Below the pieces are notes generated by a model, which searched no databases, was not told where the DNA came from, and saw only the letters and a program-made list of their open reading frames with translations. The translations under genes and the position numbers were made by a program. This document shows positions 51,304-61,425 of a DNA stretch of 64,000 nt, one piece after another. The DNA comes from Escherichia coli. Lineage in GTDB: Bacteria > Pseudomonadota > Gammaproteobacteria > Enterobacterales > Enterobacteriaceae. Positions within the stretch are counted from its first letter, which is position 1, and each line of letters starts with the position of its first letter. Location of the stretch: NCBI RefSeq assembly GCF_003018235.1, contig NZ_CP027437.1; one strand, 5' to 3'.

Positions 51304-53022
51304 ATGCGTACTAGCCAATACCTGCTCTCCACTCTCAAGGAGACACCTGCCGACGCCGAGGTGATCAGCCATCAGCTGATGCTGCGCGCCGGGATGATCC
51401 GCAAGCTGGCCTCCGGGTTATATACCTGGCTGCCGACCGGCGTGCGCGTTCTGAAAAAAGTCGAAAACATCGTGCGTGAAGAGATGAACAACGCCGGTGC
51501 GATCGAGGTGTCGATGCCGGTGGTTCAGCCAGCCGATTTGTGGCAAGAGAGTGGTCGTTGGGAACAGTACGGTCCGGAACTGCTGCGTTTTGTTGACCGT
51601 GGCGAGCGTCCGTTCGTACTCGGCCCAACTCATGAAGAAGTTATTACAGACCTGATTCGTAACGAGCTTAGCTCTTACAAACAGCTGCCGCTGAACTTCT
51701 ATCAGATCCAGACCAAGTTCCGCGACGAAGTGCGTCCGCGTTTCGGCGTCATGCGTTCCCGCGAATTCCTGATGAAAGATGCTTACTCTTTCCATACTTC
51801 TCAGGAATCCTTACAGGAAACCTACGATGCAATGTATGCGGCCTACAGCAAAATCTTCAGCCGCATGGGGCTGGATTTCCGCGCCGTACAGGCCGACACC
51901 GGTTCTATCGGCGGTAGCGCCTCTCACGAATTCCAGGTGCTGGCGCAGAGCGGTGAAGACGATGTGGTCTTCTCCGACACCTCTGACTATGCAGCGAACA
52001 TTGAGCTGGCAGAAGCTATCGCGCCGAAAGAACCGCGCGCTGCTGCTACCCAGGAAATGACGCTGGTTGATACGCCGAACGCGAAGACCATCGCGGAACT
52101 GGTTGAACAGTTCAATCTGCCGATTGAGAAAACGGTTAAGACTCTGCTGGTTAAAGCGGTTGAAGGCAGTAGCTTCCCGCTGGTTGCGCTGCTGGTGCGC
52201 GGTGACCACGAGCTGAACGAAGTTAAAGCAGAAAAACTGCCGCAGGTTGCAAGCCCGCTGACTTTCGCGACCGAAGAAGAAATTCGTGCCGTGGTTAAAG
52301 CCGGTCCGGGTTCACTGGGTCCGGTAAACATGCCGATTCCGGTGGTGATTGACCGTACCGTTGCAGCGATGAGTGATTTCGCTGCTGGTGCTAACATCGA
52401 TGGTAAACACTACTTCGGTATCAACTGGGATCGCGATGTCGCTACCCCGGAAATTGCTGATATCCGTAACGTGGTGGCGGGCGATCCAAGCCCGGATGGC
52501 CAGGGTACACTGCTGATCAAACGTGGTATCGAAGTTGGTCACATCTTCCAGCTGGGTACCAAGTACTCCGAAGCACTGAAAGCCTCCGTACAGGGTGAAG
52601 ATGGCCGTAATCAAATCCTGACGATGGGTTGCTACGGTATCGGAGTAACGCGTGTAGTAGCTGCGGCGATTGAGCAGAACTACGACGAACGCGGCATCGT
52701 ATGGCCTGACGCTATCGCACCGTTCCAGGTGGCGATTCTGCCGATGAACATGCACAAATCCTTCCGCGTACAGGAGCTTGCTGAGAAACTGTACAGCGAA
52801 CTGCGCGCGCAGGGTATCGAAGTGCTGCTGGATGACCGCAAAGAGCGTCCGGGCGTGATGTTTGCTGATATGGAACTGATCGGTATTCCGCACACTATTG
52901 TGCTGGGCGACCGTAACCTCGACAACGACGATATCGAATATAAATATCGTCGTAACGGCGAGAAACAGTTAATTAAGACTGGTGACATCGTCGATTATCT
53001 GGTGAAACAGATTAAAGGCTGA
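51304..53022 (+). CDS. proS: Prolyl-tRNA synthetase, 572 aa
   Basis: [30 protein letters not shown]. The tool's upstream TTG start was rejected. Confidence 0.97.
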   Translation: MRTSQYLLSTLKETPADAEVISHQLMLRAGMIRKLASGLYTWLPTGVRVLKKVENIVREEMNNAGAIEVSMPVVQPADLWQESGRWEQYGPELLRFVDRGERPFVLGPTHEEVITDLIRNELSSYKQLPLNFYQIQTKFRDEVRPRFGVMRSREFLMKDAYSFHTSQESLQETYDAMYAAYSKIFSRMGLDFRAVQADTGSIGGSASHEFQVLAQSGEDDVVFSDTSDYAANIELAEAIAPKEPRAAATQEMTLVDTPNAKTIAELVEQFNLPIEKTVKTLLVKAVEGSSFPLVALLVRGDHELNEVKAEKLPQVASPLTFATEEEIRAVVKAGPGSLGPVNMPIPVVIDRTVAAMSDFAAGANIDGKHYFGINWDRDVATPEIADIRNVVAGDPSPDGQGTLLIKRGIEVGHIFQLGTKYSEALKASVQGEDGRNQILTMGCYGIGVTRVVAAAIEQNYDERGIVWPDAIAPFQVAILPMNMHKSFRVQELAEKLYSELRAQGIEVLLDDRKERPGVMFADMELIGIPHTIVLGDRNLDNDDIEYKYRRNGEKQLIKTGDIVDYLVKQIKG

Positions 53023-53029
53023 TGCCAGA

Positions 53030-53058
53030 AAGGGTCCTGAATTTCAGGGCCCTTTTTT
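53030..53058 (+). terminator. proS terminator
   Basis: Hairpin agggtcctga / tcagggccct followed by TTTTTT. Confidence 0.8.
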
Positions 53059-53074
53059 ACATGGATTGTATAAA

Positions 53075-53899
53075 ATGGATAAACCAAAGGCGCATTGCTG
53101 CCTGCTTCTCCCCTGCTTTCTTTTACTTTCGGCCTGTACCGTTGATATCAGCCAGCCAGACTCATCAGCCACAGTGGTAAATGCCGAGACGAAAACATGG
53201 GCTGTAAAATTCCAGCATCAAAGCTCTTTCACCGAACAATCAATAAAAGAAATAACGGAACCAGATCTCAAACCCGGCGATTTGCTTTTCTCCTCAAGCC
53301 TTGGGGTAACCTCATTTGGTATCTGCGTATTCAGCACTTCCTCTGTGAGTCACGTTGCAATCTATTTGGGAGATAATAACGTTGCCGAAGCGACAGGCGC
53401 TGGCGTCCAGATTGTTTCCCTTAAAAAAGCCATAAAGCATAGTGATAAGCTTTTCGTCTTACGAGTCCCGGATCTTACCCCGCAACAAGCCACAGAAATC
53501 ACCGCGTTCGCCAACAAAATTAAAGATAGCGGTTACAACTATCGCGGCATTGTCGAATTTATTCCATTTATGGTGACTCGCCAGATGTGCTCACTAAATC
53601 CGTTCTCCGAGGATTTTCGTCAACAGTGCGTCAGCGGCCTGGCGAAAGCGCAGTTAAGCAGTGTGGGCGAAGGAGACAAAAAGTCGTGGTTTTGTTCGGA
53701 ATTTGTCACTGATGCATTTGCCAAAGCCGGGCATCCGCTTACGCTGGCGCAATCAGGCTGGATTAGCCCTGCCGATCTGATGCATATGCGTACTGGCGAT
53801 ATCTCTGCGTTTAAGCCAGAAACGCAGTTACAGTATGTTGGGCACATGAAGCCTGGGATTTATATCAAGACAGGCCGCTTTGTTGGGCTGACTCAGTGA
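53075..53899 (+). CDS. yaeF: NlpC/P60-like lipoprotein YaeF, 274 aa
   Basis: Lipobox LLSAC. Sequence recall and synteny. Confidence 0.88.
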   Translation: MDKPKAHCCLLLPCFLLLSACTVDISQPDSSATVVNAETKTWAVKFQHQSSFTEQSIKEITEPDLKPGDLLFSSSLGVTSFGICVFSTSSVSHVAIYLGDNNVAEATGAGVQIVSLKKAIKHSDKLFVLRVPDLTPQQATEITAFANKIKDSGYNYRGIVEFIPFMVTRQMCSLNPFSEDFRQQCVSGLAKAQLSSVGEGDKKSWFCSEFVTDAFAKAGHPLTLAQSGWISPADLMHMRTGDISAFKPETQLQYVGHMKPGIYIKTGRFVGLTQ

Positions 53900-53924
53900 T
53901 AAAAGCCAGCCTCGTGCGCAAAAT

Positions 53925-54024
53925 GCCGGATGCGGCGTGAACGCCTTATCCGGCCTACAAAATTGTGCTAATTCAAAATATTGCATTGTATGCTTTATGA
54001 CTGATAAGCGCAGCGCATGAGGCA
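53925..54024. repeat. REP/BIME element (two REP units)
   Basis: gccggatgcggcgtgaacgccttatccggcctac and ctgataagcgcagcgcatgaggca are REP-type palindromes in the convergent yaeF/nlpE gap. Confidence 0.75.
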
Positions 54025-54054
54025 ATATTTCATTTGTTTCTGTCTCAAGACGGG

Positions 54055-54765
54055 TTACAGCCCCAAACTACTGCAATCCTGGTTTGGGTAAAATTTACCT
54101 GCCGTATCGGGCGCTAATACTTTGGTCGGCGCACCGGTATCCGGATTAGCCTCAAGCGTAAAGTGACCTTCTACTGACAGTAACACCGGTTTTTCACTGT
54201 TACCGCGCGCAGCCAGGTAGCCACGCTCCAGCTCTGCGTTATTCGCCACCATGAAACGTTTTCCGGTCGCGCAATCAGTGAAGGTCGCCGCATCAGCCAT
54301 ATAAAAATACATGCCCCGCAGGGTCATCGGTGTCATGGGTAAGCTGGATTGTGCCGGTTCCAGCGTATAGTTGAACTGCGATTCAATCGGATTACCTTCA
54401 CGATCGAGCATCTCCAGCGCATCGCCTTTCGCCCGATAATATGACTTTTCACCTTTGCTGTCGGTTAATACCAGCTTGTCAGCGGTTCGCGCCCATGTAC
54501 CGTAGGAAGTGAAAGAGGAAGGCTCTTCACGCGCACCAAGATAGCGTTCATTCATCACCCAGGTTCCATCTTTTTCGAGGAACAAAGAGGTTTCGATCCC
54601 TTCGCAATCGGCACACGGCAGCACGCCGCGCCAACTTTGCGGCATCGGTTTCAGTTCGGCAGCCTGCGCCGGAGAAAGCGTGTCGACTTCGGCCCGATTA
54701 TTACATCCCATCAGAGTAAAGAGGCTGATTACAGTCATCGCTGTCACTATCGCTTTTTTCACCAT
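54055..54765 (-). CDS. nlpE: Lipoprotein NlpE (Cpx-pathway activator), 236 aa
   Basis: Lipobox LMGCN and a CxxC motif (CADCEG). Confidence 0.93.
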   Translation of the reverse strand: MVKKAIVTAMTVISLFTLMGCNNRAEVDTLSPAQAAELKPMPQSWRGVLPCADCEGIETSLFLEKDGTWVMNERYLGAREEPSSFTSYGTWARTADKLVLTDSKGEKSYYRAKGDALEMLDREGNPIESQFNYTLEPAQSSLPMTPMTLRGMYFYMADAATFTDCATGKRFMVANNAELERGYLAARGNSEKPVLLSVEGHFTLEANPDTGAPTKVLAPDTAGKFYPNQDCSSLGL

Positions 54766-54778
54766 CCATTCCTTCTTT

Positions 54779-55201
54779 TTATTCCCGACCGCTGCGCACT
54801 TTGCCGCGCATCGCCTTCACGCTTGATTTTTGTGCTTTCGATGCCAGCCTGCGCTCTTTTGATGCGCGGGTGGGCCGCGTGGGTCGTCGGGCTTTTTGTT
54901 CTGTTGTTAAATCTTTAATCACTGCCACCAGCCGGGCCAGCGCCGCTTCGCGGTTGAGCTCCTGATTGCGGTATTCCTGTGCCTTAATGACAATCACGCC
55001 ATCACTGCTGATCAAATGATGGCTGGCGGCGAGCAGACGCTCTTTGTAATACTCTGGCAGGCTGGACGCCCGAATGTCAAAACGCAGATGAATAGCCGTT
55101 GAGGTCTTATTAACATGCTGCCCGCCCGCACCCTGCGCACGAATGGCGGTGATCTCAAGCTCACCATCGGGGATAGCAACATGTCGGGAAATCACAATCA
55201 T
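54779..55201 (-). CDS. arfB: Peptidyl-tRNA hydrolase ArfB (ribosome rescue factor), 140 aa
   Basis: GGQ motif ([10 protein letters not shown]) and a basic C-terminal tail. Confidence 0.95.
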   Translation of the reverse strand: MIVISRHVAIPDGELEITAIRAQGAGGQHVNKTSTAIHLRFDIRASSLPEYYKERLLAASHHLISSDGVIVIKAQEYRNQELNREAALARLVAVIKDLTTEQKARRPTRPTRASKERRLASKAQKSSVKAMRGKVRSGRE

Positions 55202-55743
55202 GAAGGTTGTTGCCAGACGGTTAAGTTCACTTCCAGATTATTCTTATCATCCGATAACCAGATCACGCCATCCTGAATCGTTGCCTGCAGCGTCATGGTA
55301 CGATCGGCAAAGGCGCTTACTTTCGCCAGTTGTTCATCGTCCAGATACCAGACGGAAAGATTGGCAAACTGCGCACATTTGCTCTGATTTTGCTGCCACC
55401 AGATTTGCGCCGCCCGACTATTATAGGCAAACAGCGCTACTTCTGCGGCCTGGGTGCAGGCTTTCTTAATCCGCCGCTCATCCGGCAGCCCCAGCTCAAT
55501 CCACAAATCAATGCCCAGGTGATCGTTACGCAGCCACGCTTCCGGCTCATCATCGGCACACAAACCACGGGTAAATTGCAGACGTTCATCAGCATATTTC
55601 AGCCACGCCAGCAGGCGCAGCATCATGCGCTCCTGGGTTTCTGAAGGGTGGCGCGCCAGCGTCAGAGAGGCATCGAGAAACTGGTTGCGGTCGAGATCGG
55701 CCACATTAACCGTCGCTTTATAAATTGTCGCTTTAAGCGCCAT
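55198..55743 (-). CDS. yaeQ: YaeQ family protein, 181 aa
   Basis: [20 protein letters not shown]. Synteny. Confidence 0.9.
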   Translation of the reverse strand: MALKATIYKATVNVADLDRNQFLDASLTLARHPSETQERMMLRLLAWLKYADERLQFTRGLCADDEPEAWLRNDHLGIDLWIELGLPDERRIKKACTQAAEVALFAYNSRAAQIWWQQNQSKCAQFANLSVWYLDDEQLAKVSAFADRTMTLQATIQDGVIWLSDDKNNLEVNLTVWQQPS

Positions 55744-55908
55744 AAGAAAACTCCTTTTGAATCAGGAGGCCATTGTAACGGAATACGTGCAGTTGCGGCG
55801 CTGATATTGCAGAAATGAGTGTGGTATAGTCACCTTGCGAAACAGAGTTTATCTTCGTAGGCTTAGACTTGCATCCACGGTTAAGTCAGAGTGCTGACAG
55901 GAGGGCAT

Positions 55909-56109
55909 GTGGAAAAATATTGTGAGTTAATACGCAAGCGGTACGCGGAAATCGCCAGCGGAGACTTAGGATACGTTCCGGACGCGCTGGGCTGCGTTTT
56001 GAAAGTGCTGAATGAAATGGCTGCCGACGACGCCCTTTCTGAGGCTGTCAGGGAAAAAGCAGCATACGCTGCGGCAAACTTACTGGTGAGCGATTATGTC
56101 AATGAATGA
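55909..56109 (+). CDS. yaeP: UPF0253 protein YaeP, 66 aa
   Basis: GTG start preceded by AGGAGG. The sequence (M)[18 protein letters not shown] matches by recall. Confidence 0.85.
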
Positions 56110-56356
56110 TACGTATCAACCAATCAATTGTGATGATTACGATAATCTTGAGCTCGCCTGCCAGCATCATTTAATGCTGACACTTGAGCTGAAAGATGGC
56201 GAAAAATTGCAGGCGAAGGCCAGCGATTTAGTCTCCCGCAAAAATGTGGAGTATCTGGTCGTCGAGGCCGCTGGTACAACCCGCGAGCTGCGTCTGGATA
56301 AAATTACCAGCTTTAGCCACCCGGAAATCGGTACGGTGGTGGTGAGCGAGTCCTGA
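56096..56356 (+). CDS. rof: Rho-binding antiterminator Rof (YaeO)
   Basis: [23 protein letters not shown].... The start is either 56096 or 56102. Confidence 0.9.
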
Positions 56357-56365
56357 TTGACTTTC

Positions 56366-56398
56366 GCCGGATGCGACGTTTGAAGCGTCTTATCCGGC
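56366..56398. repeat. REP element
   Basis: The palindrome gccggatgcgacgtttgaagcgtcttatccggc. Confidence 0.75.
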
Positions 56399-56404
56399 TT
56401 TCAC

Positions 56405-57703
56405 TTAACTAAGCGTTTTCTGCCAGACAAAACTGACGCCATTCTCACCTTCAGCCACACCTTCTTGCGTCACAAATACCCCTGCCGCCGCAATCAACGT
56501 TTCGCCATAAAACAGCAGTGGCGTGGTGTCACGTAGCCACGGCGGCACACCCAGCTCTTGCCAGATTTTCTTCAGCTTACGTCCGCCGTTGCGCCCGATA
56601 ATATGCAGCAATCCTGGCGCTTTGAAACGCACGCTGACCGCTTCGTCTGCACGCGGAGGGCGAATATCGCCTCCCGCAGTAAGCTGTACACTTCCCAGTC
56701 CCGCCGGTAATTCCAGCGGTTGTAGCCACGTCTGCCACGGCACAATGGTTTCGCTTTGCCCGGCAACGGATTTAATCCACCACAGTTGCGACTGATAGCG
56801 GCGGATTTCAAACGCGCCCAGACGTAAACAGGGGGAAGCATCTTCCCGCGCCAGCGCCACTTCCTGCCAGATCCTCACCAACGCGTCGCGGGAAGGCATC
56901 GGTGCATTCTTCCCTGCCAGCCAGCGGCGGATAATCGCCGCGCGGCGGGCATCACTCATCGCCAGCATTGGCGCAATCTGCAGCGTCCCCTGCGGCTTTT
57001 GACAGTGCGCTATATCATCCGCCAGCAGTTCATCTAACAGGCTCTCTTGTTCAGCGCAAAGCGCAGCGCTGCGGGCCGTTGCTTCGGCAAAATGCGGCCA
57101 ACGCTGCTGCAATAACGGCACCACGCGCAGGCGCAGAAAGTTACGATCGTAGCTATCATCCTGATTACTTTCGTCTTCAATCCAGCGTAAATCATACTGA
57201 CGCGCCCACTGCACCAGTTCTCCCCGCGTGCGGGCGAGCAACGGACGGATAAGCCGTGTTCCGGCAAACTCCGAAACTTCTCCCATAGCCGAAAGCCCGG
57301 CAGGGCCGCTACCGCGTTTTAGCGCCAGCAGAAAGGTTTCACATTGATCGTCGAGATGTTGCGCGGTGACCAGCACTTCACCGGGCAACAAGGTGCGGGC
57401 AAATGCCTGATAACGCGCCTGCCGCGCCTGGGCCTCAATCCCCAGTCCTTCTTGTGCAAGTTGCACGCGCTCGACCACCAGCGGCACCTGCCACTGTTGG
57501 CAGATGTTTTCGCAATGCGTAACCCAAGCATCGGCATTGGCACTTAAACCGTGATGCACATGGATAGCGCGCAGAGTGACGCCCGGATTTTCCGCCCGCC
57601 ACTGCACCAACTGATGCAGCAAAACGGTGGAGTCAAGCCCGCCGCTAAAGGCCACCAGAATCTGGCGTGAGGTGAGAAATTGTCTATTGAGCGTGAGTGT
57701 CAT
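56405..57703 (-). CDS. tilS: tRNA(Ile)-lysidine synthetase, 432 aa
   Basis: PP-loop SGGLDS. Synteny. Confidence 0.95.
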   Translation of the reverse strand: MTLTLNRQFLTSRQILVAFSGGLDSTVLLHQLVQWRAENPGVTLRAIHVHHGLSANADAWVTHCENICQQWQVPLVVERVQLAQEGLGIEAQARQARYQAFARTLLPGEVLVTAQHLDDQCETFLLALKRGSGPAGLSAMGEVSEFAGTRLIRPLLARTRGELVQWARQYDLRWIEDESNQDDSYDRNFLRLRVVPLLQQRWPHFAEATARSAALCAEQESLLDELLADDIAHCQKPQGTLQIAPMLAMSDARRAAIIRRWLAGKNAPMPSRDALVRIWQEVALAREDASPCLRLGAFEIRRYQSQLWWIKSVAGQSETIVPWQTWLQPLELPAGLGSVQLTAGGDIRPPRADEAVSVRFKAPGLLHIIGRNGGRKLKKIWQELGVPPWLRDTTPLLFYGETLIAAAGVFVTQEGVAEGENGVSFVWQKTLS

Positions 57704-57767
57704 AATGGTGCGATTTTACAGTAGCAATGCCCGGCACGTTACCGGGCAAATGCGGCGATGACAAGCC

Positions 57768-58157
57768 TTACTGCTCATACAGTTCCAACGGCAGCCCGTC
57801 CGGATCGTTAAAGAACGTGAAGCGTTTTTGCGTGTATGGATCGACACGGATGGCTTCACACTTCACGTTATGGCTTTCAAGGTGCGCCACTGCCGCATCG
57901 ATATCATCAACGCTAAAAGCCAGATGACGCAGGCCGCAAGCTTCCGGTCGGCTGGGGCGCTCCGGCGGGAACGGAAATGAGAAAAGCTCAATCACATATT
58001 GCCCATTAAGCGCCAAATCCCCTTTCCACGAGTCGCGCGCTTCGCGATAGACTTCGCTTTGCAGCGTGAAACCAAGAATATCGCAGTAGAAAGCTTTGCT
58101 CACCGCATAATCCGTCGCAATAATCGCAATATGGTGAACCTGTTTTAAACCCAGCAT
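57768..58157 (-). CDS. yaeR: Glyoxalase/VOC-family protein YaeR, 129 aa
   Basis: MLGLKQVHHIAIIATDY.... The tool start lies 9 codons upstream. Confidence 0.88.
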   Translation of the reverse strand: MLGLKQVHHIAIIATDYAVSKAFYCDILGFTLQSEVYREARDSWKGDLALNGQYVIELFSFPFPPERPSRPEACGLRHLAFSVDDIDAAVAHLESHNVKCEAIRVDPYTQKRFTFFNDPDGLPLELYEQ

Positions 58158-58213
58158 AACGTCTCCTTTATTTGTTAACAGCACGTTACTCGCCCGGAAG
58201 CCGCTCTGGCAAA

Positions 58214-60355
58214 TTATCCCGCCATTTTTAGGACTCGTACGCGGTAAACGCCGTCTTCGTCCTGTTTCGCGCCGTGAATATCCGTTTCAAAACCGGGGTA
58301 ATGTTGCCCTACGGAACAAAGCATCAGTAGAAAATCGAGTACTGTGCGGCTCTCTTTGGTCAGCATTTCTCCAGGCATCAACAGCGGTACGCCCGGTGGA
58401 TAAGGCAGGATCATATTTGCCGATACTCTACCGACCAGTTGTTCCAGCGCAATGGTTTCTACTTCACCTTTAATCTGTCTCTGCCATGCCTGATGTGGCG
58501 TCATGATCATTTCCGGCAAGGTATCAAATGCCCGCAACATCAAACCGGGAAGATCGTGTTTACGAATCAGCTTATGGATCCCTTGCGCCAGATCCTGAAT
58601 ACGCATATTGCGGTAGAAATCAGGATCTTCTGCATAGAGATCGGGCAGCATATTTTTGATCCGCAGGTTGAGATCGTAAGAGCGCTTAAATTCCGTCAAC
58701 CCACGCAATAATCCCATTGCTTTGGTTTTATCGATGCCAATACTAAAGAGAAACAGCAGGTTATAAGGGCCGGTTTTCTCTACAACGATCCCACGTTCGT
58801 CGAGGAATTTTGCCACCAGCGCCGCCGGGATCCCCTCATCGCTCATATTGCCCTGCTCGTCCATCCCCGGTGTCAAAATAGTGACTTTAACCGGATCGAG
58901 AAACATATGATCGGCATCCGCATCGTTAAAGCCGTGCCACTGTTCGCCAGGCGCAACGGGCCAGCATTCGGCTTCATCCACCTGCGGCGGTTGCCAGATA
59001 TCGAAAAACCAGCCGTCAGACTCTTCCCGCAGCCGCTGGACCTCTTTGCGAAAATGCAGCGCCCGCTCCACCGAACGGTTAATCAGCCGTTTGCCCGGAT
59101 TACCACGCAGCATCGCCGCCGCCGTCTCAACCGAAGCAACAATGGGATAACTGGGCGAGGTGGTGGTATGCATCATAAAGGCTTCGTTAAACGCCTCTTC
59201 GTCATACTCGCCTTTAATGTGGATCAGCGAAGCCTGCGATAACGCCGCCAGCATTTTGTGGGTCGATTGCGTTTCGAAGATCACTTTTCCCGCAACACGC
59301 TCACCGCTCATGCCACTTTTACCCTGGTAGATCGGATGAAAATGGGTGTACGGCACCCAGGCAGAATCGAAGTGAATCGACGGGACATCCAGCGTCTGTT
59401 TGATCCAGTCGGTGTTGTAGAGCAAGCCATCATAGGTGGAGTTGGTAATCACCGCATGAACCGGCCATTGTGCTTGCGTGGTAGCAGCGACTTTCTCTGC
59501 GATGCTGTCGCGAGTAAATTCACGGCGCGGGATCCCACCCAGAATCCCCAACGCATTACGCGTCGGTTTCAGCCAGACTGGCACTACATCGTTCATCATC
59601 AACAGATGCGCCAGCGATTTATGACAATTGCGGTCGATCAACAGCGTACTGCCGGATGGCGCGGCGTACATACCCACAATTTTGTTCGACGTCGATGTTC
59701 CGTTGGTAACGATATAACTCTGTTCCGCGCCAAAAGTCCGCGCGATGTACTCTTCCGCTTCCAGGTGTGGCCCGGTGTGGTCGAGCAACGAACCAAGCTC
59801 GGTAACCGAAATAGAGACATCAGCCTTAAGAGTATTCCCGCCGAAAAAATCATAAAACAGACAGCCAACCGGGCTTTTTTGATATGCGGTGCCGCCCATA
59901 TGACCCGGCGTACAAAAGGTGTACTTCCGCTCTTTGACGTAGGTAAACAAGGCTTTCGTGAACGGCGGTGTAATGTTATCAAGATATTCGTCGGTGTACT
60001 GACGCATACGAATGGCGATATCTTCCGCCTGCCCCAGCGCATATTCAAAAAACCAGAGCGCCATCCGCATATCCTGCACGCTGACATCCATCGTCGAGTG
60101 GGTGTTGATGAAGGTATAAAGCGGGAGATATTCATTAAGTTGATTGATATCGCTACATAAATCGAGACTGTACTCATCCCAGTCAAAAATCACGCCGCAA
60201 ATTCGAGGGTTATGTTCGATAAATTTCAGCAAATCAACGCTGTTTTGTGGCCAGATAATCTGAAAGCCTTGCGCCACCAGCGCCGACTCCAGTTCTTTGA
60301 TGGGCTCATCTTTATAAAAGACGCCATGCGGTCCCATAATGGCAATGATGTTCAT
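58214..60355 (-). CDS. ldcC: Constitutive lysine decarboxylase, 713 aa
   Basis: Full-length Orn/Lys/Arg decarboxylase with the PLP Lys context STHKML. Synteny between accA and yaeR. Confidence 0.95.
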   Translation of the reverse strand: MNIIAIMGPHGVFYKDEPIKELESALVAQGFQIIWPQNSVDLLKFIEHNPRICGVIFDWDEYSLDLCSDINQLNEYLPLYTFINTHSTMDVSVQDMRMALWFFEYALGQAEDIAIRMRQYTDEYLDNITPPFTKALFTYVKERKYTFCTPGHMGGTAYQKSPVGCLFYDFFGGNTLKADVSISVTELGSLLDHTGPHLEAEEYIARTFGAEQSYIVTNGTSTSNKIVGMYAAPSGSTLLIDRNCHKSLAHLLMMNDVVPVWLKPTRNALGILGGIPRREFTRDSIAEKVAATTQAQWPVHAVITNSTYDGLLYNTDWIKQTLDVPSIHFDSAWVPYTHFHPIYQGKSGMSGERVAGKVIFETQSTHKMLAALSQASLIHIKGEYDEEAFNEAFMMHTTTSPSYPIVASVETAAAMLRGNPGKRLINRSVERALHFRKEVQRLREESDGWFFDIWQPPQVDEAECWPVAPGEQWHGFNDADADHMFLDPVKVTILTPGMDEQGNMSDEGIPAALVAKFLDERGIVVEKTGPYNLLFLFSIGIDKTKAMGLLRGLTEFKRSYDLNLRIKNMLPDLYAEDPDFYRNMRIQDLAQGIHKLIRKHDLPGLMLRAFDTLPEMIMTPHQAWQRQIKGEVETIALEQLVGRVSANMILPYPPGVPLLMPGEMLTKESRTVLDFLLMLCSVGQHYPGFETDIHGAKQDEDGVYRVRVLKMAG

Positions 60356-60410
60356 GTGTTCCTCCTGGAAAATCCTTCCTTAATCATAGCCTGCTCAAAC
60401 CGTGGCGATA

Positions 60411-60440
60411 AAAAAGGGCCACCGAAGTGACCCTTTTTCA
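60411..60440 (-). terminator. accA terminator
   Basis: Minus-strand hairpin aaagggtcac-ttcg-gtggcccttt followed by a T-run. Confidence 0.75.
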
Positions 60441-60453
60441 GAACTTTTGCGAA

Positions 60454-61413
60454 TTATGCGTAACCGTAGCTCATCAGGCGCTGATAACGACGATTTTTTA
60501 AATCTTCAGTGCTTAACACGTCGAGATCGGCCAGATCCGCCAGCAGTTGCGCTTTCAACGATGCAGCCATCGCTTCCGGGTTACGATGAGCGCCGCCCAG
60601 CGGTTCCGGGATGATGGAGTCGATCAGTTTCAGCTCTTTCAGACGCGGAGCGATGATACCCATCGCTTCAGCCGCCAGCGGCGCTTTGTCGGCGCTCTTC
60701 CACAGAATGGACGCACAACCTTCCGGCGAGATAACGGAATAGGTGCTGTATTGCAGCATATTCACTTTATCGCCCACGCCAATCGCCAGCGCACCGCCAG
60801 AACCACCTTCACCGATAACCGTACAAACTACCGGTACGCCGAGGCGAGACATTTCACGCAGGTTGCGTGCAATGGCTTCAGACTGACCGCGCTCTTCTGC
60901 GCCCACGCCAGGATAAGCCCCCGGGGTGTCGATAAAGGTGATGATAGGCATCTTAAAGCGTTCAGCCATTTGCATCAGACGCAGTGCTTTACGGTAACCT
61001 TCTGGCGCTGGCATACCAAAGTTACGGCGAATTTTTTCTTTGGTTTCACGACCTTTTTGATGACCAATGATCATCACCGGACGACCATCGAGACGGGCGA
61101 TACCACCGACGATAGCTTTATCGTCTGCATACGCGCGGTCGCCAGCCAGTTCGTCAAATTCATCAAATGCCAGGCGAACGTAATCCAGGGTATAAGGACG
61201 CTGTGGATGGCGTGCCAGTTGCGCAATCTGCCATGCACCGAGATCGGCGAAGATTTTACGCGTCAGTTCTACGCTTTTTTCACGCAGACGATGCACTTCT
61301 TCATCGATGTTAATATCCAGTTTCTCATCCTGACGGCTAACCGCAGTCAGAGAATCGATTTTCGCTTCCAGCTCTGCAATCGGCTGTTCAAAATCAAGGA
61401 AATTCAGACTCAT
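60454..61413 (-). CDS. accA: Acetyl-CoA carboxylase carboxyltransferase alpha subunit, 319 aa
   Basis: [22 protein letters not shown]... matches by recall. Confidence 0.97.
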   Translation of the reverse strand: MSLNFLDFEQPIAELEAKIDSLTAVSRQDEKLDINIDEEVHRLREKSVELTRKIFADLGAWQIAQLARHPQRPYTLDYVRLAFDEFDELAGDRAYADDKAIVGGIARLDGRPVMIIGHQKGRETKEKIRRNFGMPAPEGYRKALRLMQMAERFKMPIITFIDTPGAYPGVGAEERGQSEAIARNLREMSRLGVPVVCTVIGEGGSGGALAIGVGDKVNMLQYSTYSVISPEGCASILWKSADKAPLAAEAMGIIAPRLKELKLIDSIIPEPLGGAHRNPEAMAASLKAQLLADLADLDVLSTEDLKNRRYQRLMSYGYA

Positions 61414-61425
61414 AGTATTCCTGTA